A stretch of 64,000 nt of DNA, from contig OZ253462.1 of the NCBI GenBank assembly GCA_965261395.1, forward strand, positions 1,504,001-1,568,000. The letters run 5' to 3'. Both the position numbers and the translations under genes were made by a program. The stretch's first letter is position 1. Every line of letters starts with the position of its first letter. Shown here piece after piece: positions 10,132 to 20,576 of the stretch. The notes beneath the pieces are model-generated. The model made no database searches. It was not told the DNA's origin and saw nothing but the letters and a program-made list of their open reading frames with translations. The DNA is from Candidatus Latescibacterota bacterium (GTDB lineage Bacteria > Latescibacterota > UBA2968 > UBA8231).

Positions 10132-10908
10132 ATGATTAAACGCGACCGCCGCCTCCGACTGCTCTCCTACCTGACGATCGTCTTCTGGACGGTCATTTTC
10201 CTGCAGCCACCCATTCCGCAAGACCTCGCCTATCACCAGTTCGCCGATCAGCGCACCCTGTTCGGCATCCCCCACTGCCTGAACGTGATCTCCAACCTGC
10301 CCTTTCTGTTGGTGGGGTTGTGGGGATTCAGCGTCGTGTTCCGCCTCGCCACAGACCCCGAGCAGCAGGCGTTCGTGCGTCCGGCCGATTCGCTGGCGTA
10401 TCAGATTCTCTTCCTCGCGGTGGCGCTGGTCGGCCTCGGCTCTACCTACTACCATCTGGCCCCTAGCAATGAAACGCTCCTGTGGGATCGCCTGCCGATG
10501 AGCATCGCCTTCATGGCATTTCTCGCTACTGCGATCACCGAGCGCCTGGACCGGCGCGCTGGAATCATCACCTTGCTGCCGCTGATCGCCTTCGGCCTTT
10601 TCAGCGTGTTGTACTGGCACTATACCGAGCAGGCCGGAGCCGGCGATCTCCGTTATTACATCGTCGCTCAAGCCTATCCGATTCTGTTCGTGCCCCTCAT
10701 GGTTCGCCTGCTGCCGTCGCCGTACACGCGCGGGTCTGATCTCTATGTCGCCGGCCTGTTTTATCTGCTCGCGAAAGCCGCCGAGGTGTTTGACCAAGAC
10801 CTCTACGCGGCCGGAGGATTGATCAGCGGTCATACTTGCAAGCACCTGCTCGGTGCCTTGGGTGCCTATTGGGTGCTGCGGATGATCCGGCTGCGGCGGC
10901 TGAACTGA
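10132..10908 (+). CDS. Ceramidase-domain (CREST superfamily) membrane protein
   Basis: YHQFADQR, NVISNLPF, GSTYYH, WDRLPM, SGHTCKH; multiple TM helices. Confidence 0.85.
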   Translation: MIKRDRRLRLLSYLTIVFWTVIFLQPPIPQDLAYHQFADQRTLFGIPHCLNVISNLPFLLVGLWGFSVVFRLATDPEQQAFVRPADSLAYQILFLAVALVGLGSTYYHLAPSNETLLWDRLPMSIAFMAFLATAITERLDRRAGIITLLPLIAFGLFSVLYWHYTEQAGAGDLRYYIVAQAYPILFVPLMVRLLPSPYTRGSDLYVAGLFYLLAKAAEVFDQDLYAAGGLISGHTCKHLLGALGAYWVLRMIRLRRLN

Positions 10909-10931
10909 TTGATTAGTTTGTCAGGGATACT

Positions 10932-12020
10932 ATGGAAACTATTCGCCCCATCCGCGAGTCGGAACTCGACGAACTCATCGACCTGCTCTGCGCCGTGCAC
11001 AACCCCCAAGGCCGCGAGCGCTACCAAGGCTACATCGAAGGCGATCCTACTTGGTGCCCGTCGCAGACGCCGGTCGTCGTCGTTGGAGGCCGCATCGTAT
11101 CGACGCTGCGCATCTGGGACCGCTGGGTCCACCTCGGCTCCACGCCCGTCCGCATGGGCGGCATTGGCGGCGTCACCACTCATCCCGACTACCGGCAACG
11201 CGGCCTAGCGACGCGGCTCATGGAGCATGCGGCCGAGTACCTGCGCGACGATGGCTACGATCTGGGTCTGCTGTTCACGATGATCCCGGCGCGCTTCTAC
11301 CGGCGTCTCGGCTGGTGCTGTGTGCCGCTCATGGGATTTCACGCCAAGCTGCACCGCTCTCCGCAGCCGGGGCGGTCCGCACTTGAGGTGTTGCCGTTCG
11401 ATGAGAGCCGCGACTTGGAGGAGACGGTAGCACTCTACCAACGCCACAACGCCGGTCGCAGCGGTAGCCTGTTGCGTCCGCGTCCGTACTGGGACTACAC
11501 CCCCTCCCGCGTGCGGGGCGTGCTGCCCACCGCCGTCGTCCATGGCCCGGCGGGGCTCAGCGGGTACATCAACTGGGAGAGCGACGACGACGCTCGAGTT
11601 CGTGAAGTCGCCTACGAGAGCGGCCCGGCCCTTGATTCCCTCGTGCAGTACCTGCTTGACGAGTGCGCAGCGGCTGGGGTGACGCAGATCCACGGCGAGA
11701 TCCCCCATAGCCATCCCTTTGTCGATGCCCTAGTCGCTACCGCTGACGCCGATCTGGGGCTCACGGGCGACAGCTCGATGATGGCCCTGCCCTTCGACCT
11801 CGGGGCGCTAATCGCCAAGGCCGTGCCCGAAGCGGCGGAGTTGGTCCACAGGCTGCCGGCCGATCTGATATGTCGGCTCCTGTTTGGCGAGTCCTCCGGC
11901 CGCGACATAGAACCCGTTCTCCGCGCCCGAGGGATCTCGCTGGAGGCCGGGGAAGTTCGCCGGCTCGAAGAGTGGTTCCCACGCCGCGAGGTCATATTCT
12001 GGGAGCCCGACCACTTCTGA
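10932..12020 (+). CDS. Eis-like tandem GNAT acetyltransferase
   Basis: MGGIGGVTTHPDYRQRGLA, FYRRLGW. Confidence 0.8.
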   Translation: METIRPIRESELDELIDLLCAVHNPQGRERYQGYIEGDPTWCPSQTPVVVVGGRIVSTLRIWDRWVHLGSTPVRMGGIGGVTTHPDYRQRGLATRLMEHAAEYLRDDGYDLGLLFTMIPARFYRRLGWCCVPLMGFHAKLHRSPQPGRSALEVLPFDESRDLEETVALYQRHNAGRSGSLLRPRPYWDYTPSRVRGVLPTAVVHGPAGLSGYINWESDDDARVREVAYESGPALDSLVQYLLDECAAAGVTQIHGEIPHSHPFVDALVATADADLGLTGDSSMMALPFDLGALIAKAVPEAAELVHRLPADLICRLLFGESSGRDIEPVLRARGISLEAGEVRRLEEWFPRREVIFWEPDHF

Positions 12021-14533
12021 TGCTCCCGCGCTCGACCAAGTCCTCGAAACAGACCCCGCTCCCGGTCATCCGCCGCGAGCGACCCCGACTGTTGCGGCCC
12101 CTCGACGATCCCGGTTTCCGCTTCGAGCCGCCAGACGATCCCGTGCGTCGGCGCATCCTCGCCAATCTCCTAGCCGACTGCGAGTTGTATGCCGGCCAGC
12201 GGCCGTGGTCGCGGATCCCAAGGCGACCAGATAGCCCTCATCCGTATCACCAACTCTATCTGACTTTCTACACCGCCATGCAGGCTACGGCCTTGATCGA
12301 GAACTTCGCCTTTGCTTGGCAGTTGACCGGCGACCGGCGCTGGCTCGACCGGGCTCGCGCTTGGCTGCGGGCGGCTGCTGGTTGGGACCACGACGACCGC
12401 GTGGAGGAGCACTTCTACACGGCCAACCGCTACATGCAGGCTTTTGCCTTGGCCCTTGACCTGCTGGACGGAGAGTTGCCGGCCAACGAGAAGCGTCAGG
12501 TTCGCGCCTGTCTCGTGCGGCTGTTGGAGCGCTGGTGGCCGGATGTGGACGAGCAGCGCCACTCGGAGGAAGGCGGGCACCATGCCGTCGTGGACAATGG
12601 GCACTTCGGCGTGGCCGCTCTGCACCTGCTGGGCGAGCACCCCCAGGCGGAGGCGTGGGTGCAGGCGGTCATTGATCGCTTCCGCGCCGCCATCCTGCCC
12701 CACGGCTGCGGCCCCGCTGGCGAGCCAGTGGACGGGCCTTCCTTCTGGCCTTGGGAGAACCTCTGGCTCCTGCAGTTTGCCGACGCTCTGCGCAACGTCA
12801 CTGGCATTGATCTCGGCCGCGAGGTTCCGACCCGGCTGCGACGGCCGCTGACTTGGTTCCGCGCCCATTGGGCAGCACCGCGCAAGATTCCCGACCAACT
12901 CTACTATCCCGCCAACGCCAACGTGCTCGGCACCCAACTCAACGCCTGCTCCCCCGCTCTCCTGCGGCTGGCCCAAGAGGCTGGCGACGAGATGCTGCGC
13001 GACGCCGCCCTCGCCGACCCGCGCCTAGGCCGGATCTACCGCTTCGGTGGTGGTGTCAAAGGCTCGACCGCGGAGTGCATGATCTCCTACGGGCCCTACG
13101 CCTACTGCTTTTACGATCCCGACTTCCGGGCGGCCAAGCAACATCGACCGGCTCCGCTGGCACGTCGTTTTGCGGCGCGCTCCGGCCGTTCCGCCGTGAT
13201 GCGTAGCTGTCATGGACCCGACGCGGCGATCCTTTGCGTTAGTGGGTACGACGGCGATGTGGCCCACGGCTTTATGAACTTGCACGTGCAGTGGGCGGGC
13301 AATCCCGTGCTGCGCGCGATCAGTGCCGCCGAGGCCCAGCCGGTGAGTTGCGGTAGCCTGCCCTGCGTGGGCGGTCAGAACGAGATCGTCGCCGTGCCGG
13401 GCGGTCTGGAGAGCACGCGACACTGGCAGCGGCTGCGCGTCTCTGCCCAGCGCACCGAGCACGAATACTGGCTGTTGGTTGGGGAGCACCCGGTTCTGCT
13501 TGTGGCGCTGCGGCGTCGGTCGCGCGGCCTCCGGCTCGTCGATGACGGTGGCTCCCTGTTCCGGCTGAGCGGTGGTGACGCCTTGCAGTACGAGGCCCAG
13601 CCTTGGTTTTGTTCCAACGGCGGACGCCTGCGTCTGTATTTCCGATTGCGGGAGCGCGGCGGTCCCCAAGTGTTGTTCAACACGGGGAACGGCGTCGGTG
13701 GGATTGGTGGGACGGGGGTCAACACCTTCGCCCTCGTCGCCGCATCGGCCGGTCGGCTGTGCTTCAGTGTGCAGAGCCAGAACGGTCACGAGGTGGCGGT
13801 GTGCGCGCCGGGTAGGGTGGACGCCGGAGCTTGGCACGAGGTTGAGATCGGGTGGGGTGGCTTCAACCGGCGCGCGGGTAGGCCGTGGATGGAGGTCGCT
13901 ATCGATGGCGAGGCGAAGCGTCTCGACGACCCGGCTGCCTTCGGCGAGATGGGCCGCGACTCTCAGGGACTCGCCTCGCGGCAGGAACCGCGCACCTTCT
14001 ACGTGTGGCCCCACTCCACCCTCGCCTTCGGCGGTGCTGTGCAGACGCCCGGCGTCTCCGCGGCCTGCGATTTGGCCCTCATTGACCTCCGCTGTCCGGG
14101 TCGTCGTCGGCTGACAGTGGATTCGGCTAGCGGCTGGGGACCGGAGACGGGTGGTGGTGAGCTGGCTTACAAGCTGAACCCGGTGGACCTGCGCGGCTTG
14201 GACAGAAATCGCGCTCGTCTTGGTGCTGGAGCGCGTGTGGTGGAAGTGATCGCGGCGTTTGGAAAGGATCTTCGACTGCGGACCGAGGAGGTGCCCTTCG
14301 CACCCTCCGGGCTGGCCGCTGGCAGCCTCGTCAGCTTTCTCCCGGGTGCTGCCGAGGCGTCAATGCGGCTGGTGGCGGGCACGGACGACGATGTCCTCGT
14401 CCTCGCCTTCTGCAGCCGTTCGGCAAAGGCCCGGGTCACACGGGAGGGCGACCGGTTCCGGCTGCGCGCTGGCGACCGGGAGCTTTCCTTCGACGTGCTC
14501 CGGCGGGGCGGTGCCATCCTGCGCCCCCGCTGA
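12020..14533 (+). CDS. Large hypothetical protein with a heparinase II/III-like helical N-terminus and a LamG-like insert
   Basis: Probable ATG at 12020 overlaps the upstream TGA; AFAWQLTGDRRWL, ALALDLL, DNGH and DGPSFW resemble PL12/15/17-type lyases; WHEVEIGW...IDG is LamG-like. Confidence 0.45.
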   Translation: MLPRSTKSSKQTPLPVIRRERPRLLRPLDDPGFRFEPPDDPVRRRILANLLADCELYAGQRPWSRIPRRPDSPHPYHQLYLTFYTAMQATALIENFAFAWQLTGDRRWLDRARAWLRAAAGWDHDDRVEEHFYTANRYMQAFALALDLLDGELPANEKRQVRACLVRLLERWWPDVDEQRHSEEGGHHAVVDNGHFGVAALHLLGEHPQAEAWVQAVIDRFRAAILPHGCGPAGEPVDGPSFWPWENLWLLQFADALRNVTGIDLGREVPTRLRRPLTWFRAHWAAPRKIPDQLYYPANANVLGTQLNACSPALLRLAQEAGDEMLRDAALADPRLGRIYRFGGGVKGSTAECMISYGPYAYCFYDPDFRAAKQHRPAPLARRFAARSGRSAVMRSCHGPDAAILCVSGYDGDVAHGFMNLHVQWAGNPVLRAISAAEAQPVSCGSLPCVGGQNEIVAVPGGLESTRHWQRLRVSAQRTEHEYWLLVGEHPVLLVALRRRSRGLRLVDDGGSLFRLSGGDALQYEAQPWFCSNGGRLRLYFRLRERGGPQVLFNTGNGVGGIGGTGVNTFALVAASAGRLCFSVQSQNGHEVAVCAPGRVDAGAWHEVEIGWGGFNRRAGRPWMEVAIDGEAKRLDDPAAFGEMGRDSQGLASRQEPRTFYVWPHSTLAFGGAVQTPGVSAACDLALIDLRCPGRRRLTVDSASGWGPETGGGELAYKLNPVDLRGLDRNRARLGAGARVVEVIAAFGKDLRLRTEEVPFAPSGLAAGSLVSFLPGAAEASMRLVAGTDDDVLVLAFCSRSAKARVTREGDRFRLRAGDRELSFDVLRRGGAILRPR

Positions 14534-14558
14534 GGTCCTCAGCGGAACTGTTATCCCG

Positions 14559-15245
14559 CTAATGCGTCAAACGCAGCATTTTCGAATCACCAGACCGAAA
14601 CTCAAAGGACAGTGGAACAAGCTCAACGTGTGTCGACACTCGCAGTGCCCGAATGGTGTCCTCCAAATGCGCGGAAGGTTCACCATCCATGTCAAGCAAT
14701 GGAAATACGCGAACCTCTCGACCTACGCGAAGCATTTCCCGCAGGAAGGAGAGGTGCATTTCTGAGTCGAATTCGGCAGAGTAAAGAAATAGTAGATGAG
14801 AACAAAGTACAAGATCGAAGGATTCCGACAGGAAAGGCAATTCCGGTAGGCCGGCAGATACGTAGTGACCACTCCGAGTCGCTGCCTGAAAATCGGCAAT
14901 GAAGGCCGTGAGGACGTCACGCCGGCGTTGGACGACATCTTCCGGGCTGCCGTAATAATCCCACTTAAACCTGTCCCGCGCCTTCCGCATTCCCGCGAGC
15001 ATCTGTGGCGCTGTGGAATCGAAGTCGGCTAGAAAATCTCTGGCAGAAAACCTATATATGGGGTCAACGGCGACAACGTATCGTCCATTTCTACTCCATT
15101 CCGCAACGAACGATGACGGTCCACCCCCGCAGTCCAATATTCGCGCAGATGGCGCGACGTCAGATAACGCGAAGAACGCCTCGTATTCGGCGGCGCTACG
15201 GCCCCACGGAGGGACGGCTCCGCCAAAATCAAAATCGCTTGACAT
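14559..15245 (-). CDS. SAM-dependent methyltransferase
   Basis: ILDCGGGPSSF, LPFLSESFDLVLCSHLLFLYS. Confidence 0.85.
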   Translation of the reverse strand: MSSDFDFGGAVPPWGRSAAEYEAFFALSDVAPSARILDCGGGPSSFVAEWSRNGRYVVAVDPIYRFSARDFLADFDSTAPQMLAGMRKARDRFKWDYYGSPEDVVQRRRDVLTAFIADFQAATRSGHYVSAGLPELPFLSESFDLVLCSHLLFLYSAEFDSEMHLSFLREMLRVGREVRVFPLLDMDGEPSAHLEDTIRALRVSTHVELVPLSFEFRSGDSKMLRLTH

Positions 15246-15257
15246 GAGTTCTACCGG

Positions 15258-16397
15258 TCAGGAAGCGAGTCGCGGCGGCGAGTCCCCGGCGCACCTGATT
15301 GCGGCATCCGTCATGCGCAGAATCACTATTTCTACTTCGCGTATCGCCGACTCGGCTTTGATGCCATACTCTTCTTCTAAAACTCGCCGTGTCTGATCAA
15401 AAGTTTCAAACGGCAATACAAAGTCATATTTCCCTGCCAAGTGTGTTCCGTTGAAAAATATGCGCTTTGTCGATCTCTCAAGGTAATCGGTAAGCTCATC
15501 TATCGTGAGATTGGAGCCGGTAAACTGATTATTGGACGCGCCCGTGGACATGCCGCCGCCCAAGTCAGACATATCCGTCGATTGAAAGTTAGAACAGGTT
15601 AGCGTCCATCCTTCCCGTTGTTCCACAACACGACAAATCGCGATGCCAAACATATCGCACAGCACGTCTACCACTCTTTCTTTTGCCGCCTTTGCTTTCA
15701 GGGGATGGAAAGAACGCAACTCAATGTCCAACAGCTCTTCTGGCTCTTTTCCTTTAATCCGCATCCGGGAGTGGGGATGATCCAATAGCGAGCAAATCAC
15801 ATCGACCACTCGATACCCGTAAAATTCTGCCTCGAATTGCGTATCGCCACTACTCAAACTGGCCTCTCTGCGATCGGAAGCATTTCGATCGATCTTTAGG
15901 AAAAACAGGGTGTCTGGAGTGACCACCGGCACGGTTTTTGAATAGGTGGTTGGTTCGGCTACTTCGGGTACGTTGTCTGTCTGGAGAAACTCCTCTAACA
16001 ATTCTGCGGTAAAAGAAGTTGGATGACCGTGCCAACGAAGTAGACCTTGTGAGTCGATGAGAAAGGTATGAGGGATACTTCGTATGCCATAGGCATTGAA
16101 CGTTGCACCCTCTCGATCTGTGGCGATCCCGCCCTTTATCGGCCTTTTTTCTAGGAAGCGTTCTATGGTGTGGGGCTCTTCACGGGTCAACGAGACAAAA
16201 AGGGTGTCCTTACTACCATACGTGGCGACGAGTTCATTGAGATGAGGAATGGCGGCGATACACGGTCCACAATGAGTGCTCCAGAACTCAAGGATTACAT
16301 TCTTTCCAGAAAATCCATTTTCCTTTTCTGGCTTACCGCTAATCCATTCACTGACCTCGATCGTGGGGGCCGGTTGGTCAATCGCGGGATAACCCAT
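15258..16397 (-). CDS. TlpA/redoxin domain fused to a TIGR03435-like C-terminal domain
   Basis: EFWSTHCGPC CxxC motif, YGIRSIPHTFLID; C-terminal NGTHLAGKYDF...GI pattern. Confidence 0.7.
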   Translation of the reverse strand: MGYPAIDQPAPTIEVSEWISGKPEKENGFSGKNVILEFWSTHCGPCIAAIPHLNELVATYGSKDTLFVSLTREEPHTIERFLEKRPIKGGIATDREGATFNAYGIRSIPHTFLIDSQGLLRWHGHPTSFTAELLEEFLQTDNVPEVAEPTTYSKTVPVVTPDTLFFLKIDRNASDRREASLSSGDTQFEAEFYGYRVVDVICSLLDHPHSRMRIKGKEPEELLDIELRSFHPLKAKAAKERVVDVLCDMFGIAICRVVEQREGWTLTCSNFQSTDMSDLGGGMSTGASNNQFTGSNLTIDELTDYLERSTKRIFFNGTHLAGKYDFVLPFETFDQTRRVLEEEYGIKAESAIREVEIVILRMTDAAIRCAGDSPPRLAS

Positions 16398-16479
16398 TCT
16401 GAATCCTTTTCTTTTTTGCTACTTTCAGTTAACTGCTTATATCCGAATAATTAATTCGGATAACGAGTAGAGAAATCTG

Positions 16480-17484
16480 TCAAGGGCGCGGCGTGCCCCG
16501 AACCTCGACCTGAGTCCCGTCCCGCACCGGCGTCGTCACCCGCAGCACGCCGGGCCGCACAACCTCCGCTGCCAGCTCCCGCCCGTCCACTACCACGCGG
16601 GGATCGCGGCACCAAGCCGCTGGCACGCTGGCCTCCAGCGTCAGACTGCGGTACGGCACCTGCTCGGGCAGCCCCGGAAGCTCGATGCGAAAGCGCTGCG
16701 TCTCAGCCCCGTCGCCCACGGCCTCAATCCGGGCGTGACGCCGCATCAGATGGTAGCTGAGCGCCTCTTCGGGCACCGCGCACCAGACCGCATCACCCCC
16801 CTCGGACAGCACCGTTTCAAAGCGCTGCCGTAGCTGGGCCTCGGAGCAGTCCTTGTTGGGATGCACGGCTGTTTCCAGCGGGCAGTGGCAATAGTCGATG
16901 AGCCAGCCCTGCACGGCTTGGGCCTGACGGATGTTGCGGTACGGGTCGTAGGCGCTGTAGAACGGCTCGTAGTAGTGGTCGTGCAGCGCCGTGCGGTTGA
17001 TCCAGAACAGCTCGTCCTCGGGCAGGTTGAGTGCGTCCGTTAGGCTCATGGCACCTAAGTAGCCGTAGTGGCGGCAGGCTTCGAGGACGTGATCGGCCAT
17101 GTTCGTGTTGTTGCCGGGCGAGCAGTAGAGGATTATCGGTTCGCCGAGGGCTTCCTCCAGCACTTGCTTGGCGTGGCCGATCTCCTGGTCCACCATTTCC
17201 GGCGTGATTACTTCGTGGGTCCACGAGTGGTTGCCCACGCCCCAGCCGCGAGCGAGCAGATCGCGCAACTCGCTCGCGTTCATGTGGCGGTAGCCGTTGT
17301 AGCTGGAGTTGCCGGCCTTGCGGATCTCGCCCATCTGGCCGACGAGCAGTTCGACGTGGCCGGGGATGCCGTACTCCTCGTGCATGGGGACGGCGAAGCG
17401 GTGGAGGTCGGCCAGGGCCTCGTCGTAGGTGATTGAGTAAACCCAGCGCTTGCCGTACTTCCACGGACAGATGCTCAAGCTCAT
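16480..17484 (-). CDS. Polysaccharide deacetylase (CE4-like)
   Basis: SITYDE, GNHSWTH metal-binding motifs. Confidence 0.75.
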   Translation of the reverse strand: MSLSICPWKYGKRWVYSITYDEALADLHRFAVPMHEEYGIPGHVELLVGQMGEIRKAGNSSYNGYRHMNASELRDLLARGWGVGNHSWTHEVITPEMVDQEIGHAKQVLEEALGEPIILYCSPGNNTNMADHVLEACRHYGYLGAMSLTDALNLPEDELFWINRTALHDHYYEPFYSAYDPYRNIRQAQAVQGWLIDYCHCPLETAVHPNKDCSEAQLRQRFETVLSEGGDAVWCAVPEEALSYHLMRRHARIEAVGDGAETQRFRIELPGLPEQVPYRSLTLEASVPAAWCRDPRVVVDGRELAAEVVRPGVLRVTTPVRDGTQVEVRGTPRP

Positions 17485-18257
17485 GGCTGCTCACCTCTCA
17501 TCTGATCGATGGCCTGTTGGAATTGCGCCAAGGTGCAGCCGAAGCCCAAGCTCCACTCGAAGATGTGGAGGGCGTAATTCGTCGATAACCGCTGGGGAAA
17601 CGACGCTGGTGTCTCCACTCCGACGGTCGCGTCGCGCATCACCACGCAGCGATAGCCGCGAGCCAGCATGGGCCGCGCTCCCCCCTCGGCGCCGAGCAGG
17701 CACATGTCGGCTGCGAACCCCATGTAGATGAGCGTATCCACGCCGCGGCTGCGCAGGTATTCGTCCAGCACGTCGGAGTAGAAAAAGAGAGGTTCGTCCC
17801 CAACCGGGGAGACGATTTCGGCGCGCCGCATCTGCGCCAGTGGCGAACGCTCCATGTAGCCGACGCCGTGGGCTCGTTCGAGCATCTCCTGTTGGTGTGG
17901 GTGCACAGATCCCGACTCTCCCGAGCGCCGCGACTCGATGTGGGGATACTGGTGGTCCATCCAGTCCGTCTCGACGTGGCAGACCGGCATCCCAATCGCA
18001 CGGGCCGCGTCCATGGCTGGGCGGATGACTTCGGCCATGATGCGCCCGGCCTCCTGCGTTGACTGGGGCCAACCCATGCCGACGCAGTAGTTGACGTCCA
18101 CGGGCGGGCCGTCGGGGCAGCCGATGTTCCAGCAGTGCATTCCTACTAGGGCGGTCTTGTCCACTGGCAGCGACAGGGTGACCTGTTCGTATCCAGGACG
18201 GTCAATCGGCAAGGCCCGGTAGTAACGGGCGGCGAGTTGTAGCGTGGCCTCTGTCAT
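17481..18257 (-). CDS. Isochorismatase-family cysteine hydrolase
   Basis: TALVGMHCWN, LIYMGFAADMC, RDAT. Confidence 0.75.
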   Translation of the reverse strand: MTEATLQLAARYYRALPIDRPGYEQVTLSLPVDKTALVGMHCWNIGCPDGPPVDVNYCVGMGWPQSTQEAGRIMAEVIRPAMDAARAIGMPVCHVETDWMDHQYPHIESRRSGESGSVHPHQQEMLERAHGVGYMERSPLAQMRRAEIVSPVGDEPLFFYSDVLDEYLRSRGVDTLIYMGFAADMCLLGAEGGARPMLARGYRCVVMRDATVGVETPASFPQRLSTNYALHIFEWSLGFGCTLAQFQQAIDQMRGEQP

Positions 18258-19522
18258 CGTCGGTACTCGTCGGCGACGCGGCGCACGATCGCGGCCACCT
18301 GCTCGCAGTGGTGAGGCTCGTACTTATCGCAGAAGGTGCTCCAGCGGATGAAGCGCTCCAGCAGTTCGTGCGCGTTCGGACAGCACGCTGCGTCGTAGCG
18401 GTAGGTGCGCGACGCCGGCGGCTGCGAGTACGGGAAGCGCTGTCGCTCGGCCGCCTCGGTGAGGTAGGGCAGGGCCGCTGGCAGCAGATAGTAGCGCGCT
18501 TGGCTCGCCCCTGGGATACCGGCGGCTGCTACCTGCGCGCCGAACTCCTCTGTGTCACACCGGAACTGCTCGGGATCGATGGTGAACCCCGCCATCCAGC
18601 AGGAGTACACCTCAGTCTCCGGTGGGATCGGCAATGCTGAGACGCCCGGGATTTCATTGAGGAGCGCGCTCAACAGACGGATCATGCGGTCGCGCTTCTC
18701 CACCTGCGGCTGGATGATCTCTAGCTGGGCCAAGCAGATCGCCGCGGTGGATTGGGTCATGCGATGGGCGAAGCCGTTGACCGTGTGCACGCGGCCGAAG
18801 TGCTCGACCATCTCTCCGCCGCGACTTTGGCCGACGAAGCGCGCCCGCTCGGCCAATTCGTCGTCGTTGGTGAGGATGCAGCCGCCCACGTCAGAGCCCA
18901 TGGTTTTCTCCGCGTCAAAGGAAAAGGCACCTGCCGTTGCCAAGGTGCCGGCGTAGCGGCCCTTGTAGCGGCCAAAGACCGCTTGGCAGGCGTCCTCATA
19001 GACGGCTAGGCCGTGGCGCGCGGCGACTTCGTTGATGGCGTCCATGTCGCAGATCAGGCCGGTCAGATGCACGACGAGAATCGCCCGCGTGCGTTCGGAA
19101 ATGCACGCCTCTATGGTCTCGGCGCTGACGTTGATGGTGCCGGGTGCGGCATCGGCGAACACGGGGATGTAGCCAGCGCTGATCAGGCCCTGCACGGTGC
19201 CGTAGTCGCTGACCGAGCTGACTACGATTTCGTCGCCGGGATCAAAGCCGAAGGCTGCGGCTAGTACGGCTAAGGCCGGCGTGCATCCCGGCGTGGCGAT
19301 GCAGTGTGCGACGCCGTGGGCCTCGGCGAAGGCTGCTTCAAACCGGCCCACCATATCGCATAAGAGTCCGGAATCGACGACCTCGGCTAGGTACTCCATG
19401 GCTCGCGGGCCGATCTCTCGGGGAAAGGGCTGCGGCAGCGGTCCCTCGAACTCCCGCTGAGATGCGGCCCCGTAGCGCGCGTGCTCGCGTCGTCGATGGA
19501 CGATAGCGGTATTGGATGTCAT
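18254..19522 (-). CDS. DegT/DnrJ/EryC1/StrS aminotransferase
   Basis: VHLTG, EDACQA, FSFDAEK (PLP lysine), GGCILTND. Confidence 0.9.
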   Translation of the reverse strand: MTSNTAIVHRRREHARYGAASQREFEGPLPQPFPREIGPRAMEYLAEVVDSGLLCDMVGRFEAAFAEAHGVAHCIATPGCTPALAVLAAAFGFDPGDEIVVSSVSDYGTVQGLISAGYIPVFADAAPGTINVSAETIEACISERTRAILVVHLTGLICDMDAINEVAARHGLAVYEDACQAVFGRYKGRYAGTLATAGAFSFDAEKTMGSDVGGCILTNDDELAERARFVGQSRGGEMVEHFGRVHTVNGFAHRMTQSTAAICLAQLEIIQPQVEKRDRMIRLLSALLNEIPGVSALPIPPETEVYSCWMAGFTIDPEQFRCDTEEFGAQVAAAGIPGASQARYYLLPAALPYLTEAAERQRFPYSQPPASRTYRYDAACCPNAHELLERFIRWSTFCDKYEPHHCEQVAAIVRRVADEYRR

Positions 19523-19583
19523 GGGCGGCTCCGGTTTGCGGAAAATAGGTTTGATGCAATATAGCAGGTATTAAGCTATAGAA

Positions 19584-20555
19584 CTACAGTGACGGAGCAA
19601 TGCGATTTAGCCAATCCCAACCCGCAATTTTCCGCAGCAACTCCATCCTTTTCGGGATGTGATAGTTCAATAGCAGTCGTCGCAGCACAGCTACTGTTAG
19701 AAACCACCGGAGGACGCTGTCTTCCCCAATGGGTTTAGGCTTGTCCGTTGACGCGATATACGTCTCGACAAATTGCTTGGCGAGGTCCAGCGATACTTCG
19801 GGGAAAAGACATTCCCGATCTCCGAACTGGAGTGACGCGAATGCCACATCGTAGAGCGAGTAGTCAATGACAGCCATGTCGAAGTCCCACACTGTGGCGA
19901 TCTTCGACTCCCATATCCGCAAGTTGGCAGGGCGATAGTCTTGGTGCGTGATTGACCGCATTCCCCATTCGTCGCATAGTGACTTCACAGCGGTGGCGTT
20001 GGATTGTATGAAGCGGAGTTGAGATCTGAGGAATGCTGCGTCATCCTCACTTAGCTCGTTCCATCGGAAAGCGCCAGCAATTTTTGCCGACGCTTCAGCC
20101 CATCGGGTCGAGGGTATGTAGTACCAACCCAAGTCCTCTCTTTCTGATTCGGCTCGGAGTTCATCCCCGTATCTGCGACCTGCCGAATGCAGCGCCGCTA
20201 GCGTCTGGGCTGCCTCAGTAATCAGATCACGGGAGTCCCACGGAGGGTGCTCGTCAGATGGCATGTAGGAGTTCAACACCCACCAGTCTTCCCCTCCCCA
20301 ATAGCAGTAATTTCCATCCAGTGTCTGAATCGGCAATGAAACTTGTCTAAAACCGTTGTACTTGAGGACTTCCATTAGCTGGAATTGATAGCTCTTTATC
20401 ATTCTGTCTGCTTGGAACAGAGAGCAGGATAGGACGAATTGCCCCTGAGACGATTCTATGAAGAAGTGATTGCTGAAATGCGCTCGCGATTCAACCAACC
20501 GCAAATCAGTGAGACCGTAGGCGGCGGTGGCGATGTCGTTCCAGCGGTTGTCCAT
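19584..20555 (-). CDS. Aminoglycoside phosphotransferase / homoserine kinase type II-like kinase
   Basis: LAALH, THQDYRPAN catalytic loop, WDFD. Confidence 0.8.
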   Translation of the reverse strand: MDNRWNDIATAAYGLTDLRLVESRAHFSNHFFIESSQGQFVLSCSLFQADRMIKSYQFQLMEVLKYNGFRQVSLPIQTLDGNYCYWGGEDWWVLNSYMPSDEHPPWDSRDLITEAAQTLAALHSAGRRYGDELRAESEREDLGWYYIPSTRWAEASAKIAGAFRWNELSEDDAAFLRSQLRFIQSNATAVKSLCDEWGMRSITHQDYRPANLRIWESKIATVWDFDMAVIDYSLYDVAFASLQFGDRECLFPEVSLDLAKQFVETYIASTDKPKPIGEDSVLRWFLTVAVLRRLLLNYHIPKRMELLRKIAGWDWLNRIAPSL

Positions 20556-20576
20556 AGTGGACTCGGAGAGCGCTTA

